This document shows, in pieces, positions 40,613-50,826 of a DNA stretch of 64,000 bases; position 1 is the stretch's first letter; every line of letters begins with the position of its first letter. The notes below the pieces were generated by a model. That model worked only from the letters and a program-made list of their open reading frames with translations. It had not been told where the DNA came from and made no database searches. The position numbers and the translations under genes were made by a program. Source of the stretch: an uncultured Gemmatimonadales bacterium (lineage in GTDB: Bacteria > Gemmatimonadota > Gemmatimonadetes > Gemmatimonadales > GWC2-71-9); the NCBI GenBank assembly GCA_963842945.1, contig CAWJIM010000023.1, positions 224,001 to 288,000 on the forward strand. Reading direction: 5' to 3'.

Positions 40613-42219
40613 GAGCGTTTGCGACACTCTTCAGCGCTATTGACGAAACCAACGCCACGGGTGAGAAGGTTGCCGCTCTGGTGGAGTACTTCCGGGCGGC
40701 TCCCCCGCAGGACGCCGCCTGGGCCGTTCATTTCCTGAGCGGTCGCCGTCCCAAGCGGTTGGTGGGCTCTCGCAAGCTTGCCGCCTGGGCTTCCAGCGAG
40801 GCCGGTATTCCCCAATGGCTGTTCGAGGAGAGCTATCAGGCCGTCGGCGACCTGGCCGAAACGATCACCTTGATCCTGCCCGACACCGGTGCTTCCAGCG
40901 AGCTTCCTCTGTCGCACTGGGTCGAGCAGCGGCTGCTCTCGCTTCGCGGCGAAGACGAGGACGTTCAGCGCGAGGTCATGGTGGACTCCTGGCGTGAGCT
41001 GGATCGGCGGGAGCGCTTCGTCTGGAACAAGCTGATTACCGGCAGCTTCCGGGTCGGTGCCTCCCAACGGCTCGTCATCCGGGCTCTGGCGGAAACGAGC
41101 GGAGTCGAGGAAGGCGTGATCGCCCACCGGCTGATGGGCGCCTGGGAGCCGACCGCTGACTTCTTTCAGCGGCTGATAGCCCCGGACACCAGCGACGCCG
41201 ATGTCAGCCGGCCGTATCCCTTCTTTCTGGCCCACCCGCTCGAGGGGGAACCGGCGGAACTGGGCGATATCGTTGACTGGATAGCCGAGTGGAAGTGGGA
41301 CGGGATTCGGGTTCAGCTGATCCGGCGGGCCGGACAGAGCTTTCTCTGGTCCAGGGGTGAGGAGTTGCTCGCCGGACGGTTTCCCGAAATTGAGGATCAG
41401 GGGGCCCTGCTGCCGGAGGGCACCGTCATCGACGGGGAGCTGCTCCCCTGGTTGGAGGGCAGCCCGCTGCCTTTCGCTCAGCTTCAGCGCCGAATCGGCC
41501 GCAAGAATCCGGGCCCAAAGATTCTGGACGAGGTTCCGGCCATGCTGGTCGCCTACGACCTGCTGGAGAGCAATGGCGAGGACATCCGCGCTGAGCCACT
41601 CCGCAGTCGGCGAGCCCGCCTCGTATCGCTGGTTGAGTCGGTAGCGAGCAGCGGACGGCTGATCCTGTCGCCCAGCGTCGGCGCTTCCAGCTGGGAATCC
41701 CTCACCGAGGCGCGGAGCAGAGCCCGCGACATGGGAGCGGAGGGAATCATGCTGAAGCGCCTGAGCTCGGCCTACGGCGTCGGACGGCGACGGGGCGACT
41801 GGTGGAAGTGGAAGGTTGATCCGCTCACCGTCGACGCGGTGCTGATCTATGCCCAGGCCGGCAGTGGACGACGGGCGGGACTCTTTACCGACTACACCTT
41901 CGGGATCTGGGAGGGAGATCACCTGGTGCCCTTTGCCAAGGCCTACTCGGGTCTGACCGACGAGGAGATGCGGAAAGTCGACCAGTTCATTCGTCGCAAC
42001 ACACTGGAGAAGTTCGGGCCGGTGCGAACGGTCAAACCCGAGCTCGTCTTCGAGCTCCACTTCGAGGGATTGCAGCCGTCCAGCCGCCATAAGAGCGGTA
42101 TCGCGGTTCGGTTTCCCCGGATGGCCCGGTGGAGGACCGACAAGAAGCCGGAGGAGGCAGACACGATCGAAACGGTTAGATCATTACTGAAAAGCGTAAG
42201 CGGAGAAGAGACAGCGTAA
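40609..42219 (+). CDS. ATP-dependent DNA ligase (TIGR04120 type)
   Basis: EWKWDGIR adenylation motif, IDGE, EGIMLKR, WWKWK, AVRFPR. Confidence 0.96.
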   Translation: MRAFATLFSAIDETNATGEKVAALVEYFRAAPPQDAAWAVHFLSGRRPKRLVGSRKLAAWASSEAGIPQWLFEESYQAVGDLAETITLILPDTGASSELPLSHWVEQRLLSLRGEDEDVQREVMVDSWRELDRRERFVWNKLITGSFRVGASQRLVIRALAETSGVEEGVIAHRLMGAWEPTADFFQRLIAPDTSDADVSRPYPFFLAHPLEGEPAELGDIVDWIAEWKWDGIRVQLIRRAGQSFLWSRGEELLAGRFPEIEDQGALLPEGTVIDGELLPWLEGSPLPFAQLQRRIGRKNPGPKILDEVPAMLVAYDLLESNGEDIRAEPLRSRRARLVSLVESVASSGRLILSPSVGASSWESLTEARSRARDMGAEGIMLKRLSSAYGVGRRRGDWWKWKVDPLTVDAVLIYAQAGSGRRAGLFTDYTFGIWEGDHLVPFAKAYSGLTDEEMRKVDQFIRRNTLEKFGPVRTVKPELVFELHFEGLQPSSRHKSGIAVRFPRMARWRTDKKPEEADTIETVRSLLKSVSGEETA

Positions 42220-42277
42220 GCGGGAACAGCGGTATCGATCCCGCTCACCGCTCACGCTGTTGTTTACCCGCTTACGG
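42193..42277. repeat. Hairpin element of inverted short repeats
   Basis: AGCGTAAGCGG twice (42193, 42213) facing CCGCTCACGCT (42248) and CCGCTTACGG (42268). Confidence 0.7.
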
Positions 42278-42290
42278 TTTTATTTGACGA

Positions 42291-43100
42291 ATGCCCAACT
42301 TTATCTGCATCACTTGCGGAGTCCAATACGCCGAGTCTCTGCTGCCTCCACCCCGCTGCGCCATCTGCGAGGAGGAGCGCCAGTACGTGGGTTGGGAGGG
42401 ACAGAAATGGACCACCCTCAAGGACCTGCAGTGCAGTCATAAAAACCGGCTGGATGTCGAAGGGCCCGAGCTGATCAGTCTGGTGACCGAGCCGAAGTTC
42501 GCCATCGGCCAGCGAGCGCTTCACGTCCGCACCGGCAAAGGCAACGTGCTCTGGGATTGCCTGAGCCTGGCTGACGACCGCAGCGTCGCCGCCATTCAGG
42601 CTCTCGGCGGCGTTGCGGCCATCGCGGTCTCTCACCCCCACTACTACTCCTCCATCGTGGAATGGAGCCGCGCGTTGGGAGACGTTCCCGTCTACCTCCA
42701 CGCTGCCGACGGCGACTGGGTCATGCGGCCTCATCCGGCCATCGTGTTCTGGCACGGGGATGCCCACGAGATTGCCCCTGGTCTGACTCTGCTCCGCCTG
42801 GGCGGGCACTTTCCCGGAGGCACCGTGCTGCACTGGGCGGGTGGGGCTGGTGGGAAAGGCGCGATCCTCAGCGGCGACATCCTGCAGGTGGGTCAGGATC
42901 GGAAAACCGTGAGCTTCATGCGGAGCTATCCCAATTACATCCCCGTCAGTCCCGCCACGGTACGGCACATCATAGCCGCACTCCAGCCTTACGAGTTTGA
43001 GCAGATCTTTGGCGGATGGTTCGGGCAGAACATCATGAAGGACGCCAAGCAGGCCTTCCAGTACTCGGCGGAGCGGTATCTGGCCGCGATCAGTGACTAA
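42291..43100 (+). CDS. MBL-fold hydrolase with N-terminal CxxC..CxxC
   Basis: CITCGVQY..CAICEEERQYV, SHPHYY, GGHFPG, SGD, SFMRSYPN. Confidence 0.88.
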   Translation: MPNFICITCGVQYAESLLPPPRCAICEEERQYVGWEGQKWTTLKDLQCSHKNRLDVEGPELISLVTEPKFAIGQRALHVRTGKGNVLWDCLSLADDRSVAAIQALGGVAAIAVSHPHYYSSIVEWSRALGDVPVYLHAADGDWVMRPHPAIVFWHGDAHEIAPGLTLLRLGGHFPGGTVLHWAGGAGGKGAILSGDILQVGQDRKTVSFMRSYPNYIPVSPATVRHIIAALQPYEFEQIFGGWFGQNIMKDAKQAFQYSAERYLAAISD

Positions 43101-45772
43101 ATCAGGCGGCAACCGCGGCTCTGCCCTGGCGGTGGACCTTCGGCGGGCACGGGCGGCGAGACGCCGGATGGAGGAGTCGGCTGGTCCTCGCGTCTCCGAA
43201 CCTCCCAGGAAAGCGGCACCCACCATCGAGTGTGGCCGGCGCGATCCCATGGATTGCGTTCGAGAATGGTTTGCCAGCGAGGGGTGGGAGCCGTTCCCAT
43301 TCCAGGAGGAGGTCTGGCGGGCCTATCTGGCCGGCGAAAGCGGCTTGATTCACGCGGCTACGGGCACGGGAAAGACCTATGCCGCCTGGATGGGACCCAT
43401 TCTCGAGTGGCTGCGGGATTATCCGGCGGGTAAGAGAGGCAGCGCGAGAGGTGGGACGGCGGGGAGCGCCACCACTTCGCGTTTTGTGGGTTACGCCGCT
43501 CCGCGCTTTGGCCGCCGACACCGAGGCCGCTCTTCGGGCGCCAATCGAAGATCTGGGCCTTCCTTGGACCGTAGAGTCCCGCACCGGCGACACCGAGCCC
43601 CGAGTGCGGGCCCGGCAGAGCAAGCGCCTTCCTACCGCCCTGGTAACTACCCCCGAGAGCCTGTCGCTTCTGCTCACCTGGTCTGAGACGCCCTCGCTGT
43701 TCGAGCATCTTGAGCTGGTGGTGGTCGACGAATGGCACGAGCTGATGGCTTCGAAGCGCGGGGTCCAGACCGAGCTCGCACTTGCTCGACTGCGCCGCTG
43801 GAGGCCCGAGCTCCGCGTCTGGGGACTCTCCGCCACGTTGGGAAATCTCGACACTGCTCGCGACACCCTGCTGGGCCTCACCCAGGAAGGGCTCGCACGA
43901 TCCGGCCGAATTATTCGGGGGCTGGTGCCCAAGGGATTGGAGGTCGATTCGCTGATCCCTGAGACGATGGAGCGGTTCCCCTGGTCGGGGCAAATCGGCC
44001 TGCGGCTGCTGCCCGAAGTCATTGCGGCAATCGAAGAGGGCAATACCTCACTCGTGTTCACCAACACCCGGGCAACCGCCGAACTGTGGTTTCAGGCGTT
44101 GCTGAGCGCCCGCCCCGACTGGGCGGGGGTCATTGCCCTCCACCACGGCTCGCTCGATCGCGACACCCGCGAGTGGGTTGAAGACGGGATCCGCGATGGC
44201 CGGCTCCGCTGCGTCGTCTGCACCTCGACCCTCGACCTCGGAGTCGATTTCACCCCGGTCGACCGTGTCCTCCAGGTAGGCAGTCCCAAGGCGGTCGGCC
44301 GGCTGATTCAACGGGCCGGGCGGAGCGGCCACCAGCCCGGCGCCGTCAGCCGCCTCACCTGCGTGCCGACCAATGCCTTGGAGCTGGTGGATGTCGCGGC
44401 CGCGCGCGATGCGCTCGACCAGGGTGCCATCGAGTCGCGGCCCCCGGTGGAGCGTCCCCTGGATCTTCTCGCCCAGCACGCCGTCACCATCGCCGTCGGC
44501 GGCGGATTTCGGCCCGACGAGCTTCTGGCTGAAGTGCGGACCACCCGCGCCTATCGCGACCTGACCGATGCCGAGTGGCGCTGGGTCATGGACTTCATCA
44601 CCCGCGGCGGCTCGGCCCTGAGCGCGTATCCGGAGTACAACAAGCTGGTGGAGCGCGACGGCCGGTTCGTGCCGCGAGACCGGATGGTTGCCGCGCGACA
44701 TCGCATGTCGATCGGCACTATCGTGAGCGAGGCGGCGATGAAGGTCCGGTTCGTCCGAGGAAAGACCATCGGGACCGTGGAGGAGAACTTCATCGCCCGG
44801 CTCCGATCTGGTGACGTTTTCACTTTTGCCGGACGGACGCTCGAGTTCGTCCGGGTGCGGGAGATGACCGCGTGGGTGAAGACAGCGCGGGAAACCACGT
44901 CAGTGGTACCCCACTGGACCGGCGCCCGTTTTCCCCTCTCCCCGGAGCTCGCGGCAGCGGTTCGAACCAAACTGGATCAGGCTCGCCAGGGCGTGTATGA
45001 GGGCGCCGAAATGGAGGCGGTGAGAGGGATCCTCGAGCTCCAGGCCGAGTGGTCCGGCATTCCAGCGGCAGACGAGTTGCTGATCGAACGGGTGCAGACC
45101 CGTGAAGGCAATCATCTGTTTTTTTATCCGGTCGAAGGCAGGCTGGTGCACGAGGGACTCGCGGCACTGTTTGCCTATCGACTGGCGCAGCTGGGGCCGA
45201 TTACCTTCACCCTGGCGGCGAACGACTACGGCTTCGAGCTGCTCTCTCCCGACCAGGCCCGGCTGGAGGAAGCACTCGATGCCGGCCTGGTCTCCACCGA
45301 TCATCTGGTGCACGACATCCCGGCGAGTCTCAACGCGGCCGAGCTGGCCAAGCGTCAGTTTCGGGAGATTGCACGGGTGGCCGGGCTGATCTTCCAGGGC
45401 TATCCGGGCCGAAACAAGAGTGTCAAGCAAGTCCAGGTTTCCAGCGGGCTTTTGTACGATGTGTTCGCCCGCTACGATCCGGACAACCTCCTGCTGTTCC
45501 AGGCGCACCGCGAGGTGTTGGAGAAGCAGTTGGAGCGGAGCCGGCTGGGCCGGACCCTGGAGCGGATCGGCCGGGGGCGCATCAGCATCAAGGAGTGCCG
45601 GCGCCCCACTCCGCTCGCCTTCGCCCTGTTGGTAGACCGCGCCCGGGAGCAGGTGAGCAGCGAGAAGTTTCTCGATCGGGTGCGCCGGCTGGCAGCACCA
45701 CTGGAACGCGCGGCCGCCGCTGGAAACGGGAGCGCGCGGTTTGCGCGCGGACGAGGCAGAGGATTTCGATGA
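43093..45772 (+). CDS. lhr: Ligase-associated DEXH helicase, Lhr-core type (TIGR04121; frameshift near 43440; start may be 43249)
   Basis: ATGTGKT, TPLRALA, TTPESL, VVDEWHE, HHGSL, TSTLDLGVD, QRAGRSGH. Confidence 0.95.
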
Positions 45773-46530
45773 CCGATGTGATGTTGAAGATCGCGGGCGA
45801 AGAGATCCATCTCCTGTCCGAGCGCGCGCTGTGGTGGCCCAACGCAAGTACCCTGATCGTGGCCGATCTCCATTGGGGGAAGGCTTCCACCTTTCGAGCC
45901 ACCGGCATCCCCATCCCGATCGGCACCACCAGCGACGACCTGGCTCGGCTGGATAGCGCGCTCACCCGAACCGGTGCGCGGCGCATGGTGGTCCTGGGCG
46001 ACCTCTTTCACGCCAAAGCGGGCCGCATTGCTTCGCATACCCTGGCCGAGCTGCGTCGCTGGCGGAGCCTGGCCGCCCCGGTCGAGATCCTCCTGGTACG
46101 GGGAAACCACGACCGCCATGCCGGCGATCCGCCCAGCGACCTCCGGATCAACTGCGTCAATGCGCCGGCATTCGTCCCGCCCTTCGTCTTCCGCCACGAG
46201 CCGGTGACTCAGGGCGATGCCTACGGGCTCGCCGGCCACGTCCATCCCGGCATCACCCTGCTCGGTCGCGGGCTTCAGCGGGAAACCCTGCCCTGCTTCG
46301 TCATCGGCCAGACCGGAGCCCTGATTCCGGCCTTCGGCAGCTTCACCGGATTTGGTACTGTGGAACCCGGACCCGGCGACCGCGCCTTCGTCGCGGTGGA
46401 GGGCGAAGTGCTGGAGGTGAGCTTGCCGGTTGACCTGGGCCCGAATGCGGTCCCGCCGGAGCTGCACGAGATGGCGGAGGTGGAGAGTCCGGGCTGGAGA
46501 ACACAGGAGTCTTCAGACGAGAATCAGTAG
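45769..46530 (+). CDS. pdeM: Ligase-associated metallophosphoesterase/endonuclease (TIGR04123)
   Basis: ADLHWGK, LGDLFH, RGNHD, HEP, GHVHP, PAFGSFTG. Confidence 0.94.
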   Translation: MTDVMLKIAGEEIHLLSERALWWPNASTLIVADLHWGKASTFRATGIPIPIGTTSDDLARLDSALTRTGARRMVVLGDLFHAKAGRIASHTLAELRRWRSLAAPVEILLVRGNHDRHAGDPPSDLRINCVNAPAFVPPFVFRHEPVTQGDAYGLAGHVHPGITLLGRGLQRETLPCFVIGQTGALIPAFGSFTGFGTVEPGPGDRAFVAVEGEVLEVSLPVDLGPNAVPPELHEMAEVESPGWRTQESSDENQ

Positions 46531-46585
46531 GCATTGCGCCGACCGATGGCTTTGCGGAGCCGAAGCACCGCATTAGCCTTTTCGC

Positions 46586-48157
46586 ATGACTCACCTACAA
46601 CTCAGCGTTGCTCCCGAGGGCCAGGCCCTCCTCGAACAAGTTCGTGCGGCCGTCGACCTGCTCGAGGCCGTCATAGCGGACCGGGGCCTGCTGGCCGCAG
46701 TGCCGGCCGAGGAGCGCCACCGCCTGCTCAACGCGGCCGGTGCGGTGTACGTCCCCGACACCACCGCGCGCCGCCGGCTGGTGAAAGCCACGGTCCGTCG
46801 CCGGAAGGCCGAAAAGATCAGGCGGGAAGAGGCCGCACTCAGCCGCACCGGCATTCGGAGCCTGCGCCGTCAGACGGTCTTTACCACGCCCAACGTTTTT
46901 CCTCCGTCCGGCTTCGATCCACAGGACATCACCGACGACAGCGCACCTGAGGAGTGCCTCGACCCCCAGCACTGCTACATCTGCAAGCAGCCCTTCTCCG
47001 GGATTCACCACTTCTACGATCAGCTCTGCCCACCCTGCGCCGAGTTCAACTTTGCCAAACGCACTGAGCTGGCGGACCTGTCGGGGCGAGTGGCGCTGCT
47101 GACCGGCGGACGGGTCAAGATCGGCTATCAGGCTGGAATTAAGCTGCTGCGCTCGGGCGCTCAGCTCATCGTCACGACCCGGTTTCCCCGCGATTCGGCG
47201 GCCCGCTACGCCCGGGAGCCTGATTTTGCCGACTGGGCCGACCGACTCGAGATCTTTGGGCTCGACCTGCGGCACACGCCCAGCGTGGAGGCCTTCTGCC
47301 ATCATCTGCTCACTACCCGCGATCGCCTCGATTTCATCATCAACAACGCCTGCCAGACAGTGCGCCGGCCTCCGGATTTCTATCACCACATGATGGAAGC
47401 CGAGACTGCCTCGGTCGGGCACATGCCGAATGCCGTTCGTCGGCTGCTCGGCAGCTACGAGGGACTCCGGGAGTACCACATGCTGCCCGAGCCTGATCAT
47501 GAGTCCCCGCCTCAGGTCCGGATTCACCGCTCTCACTCCGAGCTCTCCGGGATCACTCACGCGGCCCGACTCTCCCAGATGCCGCTGCTTCCGGAGGAGC
47601 GCGGGGCCGAGCGACACCTCTTCCCCACCGGCCTGCTCGACCAGGACCTGCAGCAGGTCGATCTGCGGCAACGGAACTCGTGGCGGCTCCTGCTGGACGA
47701 GGTACCATCAGTGGAGCTACTGGAGGTTCAACTCGTCAACGCGGTAGCGCCCTTCGTTTTCAATGCACGACTCAAGCCGCTCCTGCTCCGCACGCCAGGC
47801 CGCGAGAAGCACATTGTCAACGTGTCGGCTATGGAAGGGCAGTTCTATCGGAACTTCAAGACGACCCGGCATCCCCACACCAACATGGCCAAGGCGGCAC
47901 TCAACATGATGACCCGCACCTCGGCAACAGACTACCATCGCGACGGCATCCACATGAACAGCGTGGATACCGGGTGGGTGACCGATGAGGATCCCGCGGA
48001 AATCGCCGCCCGCAAAGTCGCAGAGCACCGATTCCACCCGCCGCTGGACATTGTCGATGGCGCCGCCCGGATTGTCGATCCTATCATTTCCGGGGTGAAC
48101 TCCGGCTGTCATGTGTGGGGCCAGTTCCTCAAGGACTACCGTCCGACCGACTGGTAG
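46586..48157 (+). CDS. Atypical SDR oxidoreductase with Cys/His N-terminal domain
   Basis: CYICK..HHFYDQLCPPC; LTGGRVKIG, INNA, HPHTNMAKAALNM, SVDTGW. Confidence 0.85.
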   Translation: MTHLQLSVAPEGQALLEQVRAAVDLLEAVIADRGLLAAVPAEERHRLLNAAGAVYVPDTTARRRLVKATVRRRKAEKIRREEAALSRTGIRSLRRQTVFTTPNVFPPSGFDPQDITDDSAPEECLDPQHCYICKQPFSGIHHFYDQLCPPCAEFNFAKRTELADLSGRVALLTGGRVKIGYQAGIKLLRSGAQLIVTTRFPRDSAARYAREPDFADWADRLEIFGLDLRHTPSVEAFCHHLLTTRDRLDFIINNACQTVRRPPDFYHHMMEAETASVGHMPNAVRRLLGSYEGLREYHMLPEPDHESPPQVRIHRSHSELSGITHAARLSQMPLLPEERGAERHLFPTGLLDQDLQQVDLRQRNSWRLLLDEVPSVELLEVQLVNAVAPFVFNARLKPLLLRTPGREKHIVNVSAMEGQFYRNFKTTRHPHTNMAKAALNMMTRTSATDYHRDGIHMNSVDTGWVTDEDPAEIAARKVAEHRFHPPLDIVDGAARIVDPIISGVNSGCHVWGQFLKDYRPTDW

Positions 48158-48257
48158 CCAGTTGCCAGGCGCCTGATCGATTGCTGGCGTCACCCTGATC
48201 CTGCAGTAGATTGCGAGTTTTCCTGTCGCTCACTGCTTCTCCACGGAGTCCGCTTTT

Positions 48258-48614
48258 ATGGTTACAGCATCCCCTAATGTGCGTCGCCTCCCTCTCGCTC
48301 TGGCGGCCAGTGCATGGCTTCTTTCAGGGTGTGCCGGGGTCACGCCTATCGGGGACCTCTTGAATGATCCGTCGCACTATGACGGCAAGAGCGTGCACAT
48401 CGAGGGCGATGTCAAAGGCTCGGTTGGCGGTCTGGGGGTTGGAGCGTACGAAGTCCGGGACAAGACCGGTACGTTGACAGTGGTCAGCAATCAATCGGAT
48501 CCACCGCGTACCGGCGCCAAGGTCGGGGTGAAAGGGACCTTTCAGGCGCTGCTCAGCCTGGGGATCAAGAGCCTGGCCGTGTTGAAAGAGGAGAGCCGCT
48601 CACTTAAGGATTGA
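48258..48614 (+). CDS. OB-fold lipoprotein
   Basis: Lipobox LSGC; TPIGDLLNDP..YDGK.V.IEG.V, YEVRDKTG. Confidence 0.75.
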   Translation: MVTASPNVRRLPLALAASAWLLSGCAGVTPIGDLLNDPSHYDGKSVHIEGDVKGSVGGLGVGAYEVRDKTGTLTVVSNQSDPPRTGAKVGVKGTFQALLSLGIKSLAVLKEESRSLKD

Positions 48615-48624
48615 GGCAGTCGGC

Positions 48625-48951
48625 ATGGCGCGATTGTTTTGGATGCTCTTGATCTTCGCGTTTTTTGGTGCGCTGATCACCGGCGCGTCCTGGGCGGCCG
48701 CCTTCGCCAGTGTGGGCAAGCTGTTGGGCGCCCCGCCTCCCCGGATGGGCAACCAGAGCATCACGGTTCACTGGGACGGCATGTCCCGGCTGCTGGAGCA
48801 TCCCCCGTGGTGGCGCTTTGCCTTCACTCCCACAGCCATTCCAGGGGCCACCCAGGTCCGAATCGACGTAAACCCCTGGGGCAAGGTCATCTCCACCTCT
48901 CCCGCAGACCTCGAGGATCGCATCAAGGCTTTCCACAACACCGGCTACTAG
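48625..48951 (+). CDS. Hypothetical membrane-anchored protein
   Basis: GAGG SD, one N-terminal hydrophobic segment. Confidence 0.6.
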   Translation: MARLFWMLLIFAFFGALITGASWAAAFASVGKLLGAPPPRMGNQSITVHWDGMSRLLEHPPWWRFAFTPTAIPGATQVRIDVNPWGKVISTSPADLEDRIKAFHNTGY

Positions 48952-49013
48952 CTCTGGCGGTCCCGCCGCCGCTCCCAGCTGTAACTGTCGAAGGGTCAAT
49001 CGCGTCTTGAGAT

Positions 49014-49040
49014 TGTCGATTTCCAGTGGCCTCGAACGAC
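49014..49040 (+). promoter_or_regulatory. Putative ECF autoregulatory promoter
   Basis: TGTCGA-N17-CGAC upstream of the yciI-ECF pair. Confidence 0.5.
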
Positions 49041-49080
49041 TACTACACGACCACGTAGGCCACCCCATCAGGAGGATTCC

Positions 49081-49473
49081 ATGAAATACCTGTGCCTCAT
49101 CTACGAGAACGAGAAGAACTGGGAAACCATGCCGCAGTCAGATGCCGAAGGGATCATGAAGGAGTACTTCGCTTTTACCGAGGACATCCGGAAGAGCGGG
49201 AAGTACGTGGCGGGTGAGGCGCTTCAGCCTACGCCCACTGCCACCACGGTCCGGGTTCGGAACGGGAAGATCTCGACGACCGACGGGCCCTTCGTGGAGA
49301 CCAAGGAGCAGCTCGGCGGATTTTACCTGATTGACGCCAAGGACCTGAACGACGCCATCCAGGTAGCCGCGCGTATTCCTTCGGCCCGCCTCGGTGGCAT
49401 CGAGGTCCGGCCGGTGGTGGACTTCTCCGCCGAAGCCGCCCAACGAGAGGAGGCCGCCGGCGCCAGGGCATGA
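49081..49473 (+). CDS. YciI/DGPF-domain protein
   Basis: MKYLCLIY, TDGPFVETKEQLGGFYLI, IEVRP. Confidence 0.94.
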   Translation: MKYLCLIYENEKNWETMPQSDAEGIMKEYFAFTEDIRKSGKYVAGEALQPTPTATTVRVRNGKISTTDGPFVETKEQLGGFYLIDAKDLNDAIQVAARIPSARLGGIEVRPVVDFSAEAAQREEAAGARA

Positions 49474-49480
49474 GCGCGGG

Positions 49481-49594
49481 GTCGCGAGTCACGAGTCGCG
49501 GGTCACGGCCGGACAACTTCCGCTTGTCGAGTCTGCCAGACTTCAAGCTCGACTCGCCGGACCATCTCGTGACTCGTGACTCGCGACTGGTGAC
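49481..49594. repeat. Hairpin element of inverted 7-mer tandem repeats
   Basis: GTCGCGA GTCACGA GTCGCGG GTCACGG (49481-49508) facing TCGTGAC TCGTGAC TCGCGAC TGGTGAC (49567-49594). Confidence 0.85.
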
Positions 49595-50826
49595 GCAAGA
49601 CACCATTGAGCAGATCTTCCGCACGGATTCCCGCCGCGTTCTGGCCACGCTGATCCGCCTGCTGGGAGACTTCGATCTGGCCGAAGAGGCCATGCAGGAG
49701 GCGTTTTCTGCCGCGGTGGAGCGGTGGCCTCAGGATGGAGTTCCGCGCAATCCACGCGCCTGGCTGATTTCGACCGGCAGGTTCAAGGCTATCGACTCGC
49801 TCCGCCGGCGAGCCCGATTCGATGCGTCGCTGCAGCCATTGGCGGACCAGCTGGGAGACGGGATCACCCAGCCCGAAGAGATCGAGGAAGAAGGTGTTCA
49901 GGACGACCGCCTGCGACTGATCTTTACCTGCTGCCACCCGGCGTTGCCGCCTGACGCCCAGGTGGCGCTGACGCTGCGCGAAGTATGCGGCCTCACCACG
50001 GAAGAGATTGCCCGCGCCTTCCTCGCTCCTGCGCCGACCTTAGCCCAGCGCATCGTCCGGGCAAAGGCCAAGATCAAGGCGGCCAACATTCCGTATCAGG
50101 TGCCCGCCCGCACCGCCCTTCCCGAGCGCCTTGCCAGCGTGTTGCAGGTCATCTACCTCGTCTTCAATGAGGGTTACTCCGCCTCCTCCGGCGCTTCCCT
50201 CACCCGTCATGATTTGTCAGCCGAAGCCATCAGGCTGGGCCGGCTTCTGGTAGAGCTGCTGCCCGAGCCGGAGGCGATGGGGCTACTGGCCCTGATGCTG
50301 CTGCATGAATCCCGTCGTGAGACCCGGACCTCGCCGGATGGCGAGTTGGTGTTGCTGGATGAGCAGGATCGTACCCGGTGGAATCGCGAGCTGATCGCCG
50401 AGGGCGTAGGCCTGGTCGAGCGGTCCATGCGGTCCAGGCAGTTCGGTCCTTTCACGCTGCAGGCAGCGATCGCAGCCATCCACGCGGAGGCGGCAAGTGC
50501 CGACACCACCGACTGGGACTGAGATCGTCGGGCTCTATGACGTACTGCTGCGAGCGGATCCTTCTCCCGTCGTCGAGCTCAATCGAGCGGCGGCGGTGGC
50601 GATGCGCGACGGCCCTGCAGCCGGGCTCACTCTTATCGACGGCATTCTGGCCCGGGGTGATCTTCAGGATTATCAGCTGGCGCACGCTGCCCGGGCCGAG
50701 CTCTGTCGCCGGCTGGGGCGGACCTCGGATTCGATTGCCTCGTATCAGCGGGCACTGAGTCTCACCCGCCAGGAGCCTCAGCGGCGATTCATCGAGAAGC
50801 GGCTGAGCGAGCTGGCAAAGTCATGA
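49590..50826 (+). CDS. ECF sigma factor with C-terminal DUF6596/TPR extension (frameshift near 50518)
   Basis: LATLIRLLGDFDLAEEA, DDRLRLIFTCCHPAL, YLVFNEGY, LQAAIAAIH, PVVELNRAAA. Confidence 0.93.

Noticed and set aside
40507..46467. Long antisense ORFs (for example 40507-42090, 44900-45847)
   Set aside because: Shadow frames expected opposite real genes in high-GC DNA; no motifs.
39439..49594. CRISPR arrays
   Set aside because: Repeat units are 7-11 nt, tandem and inverted, with no unique spacers and no cas genes.
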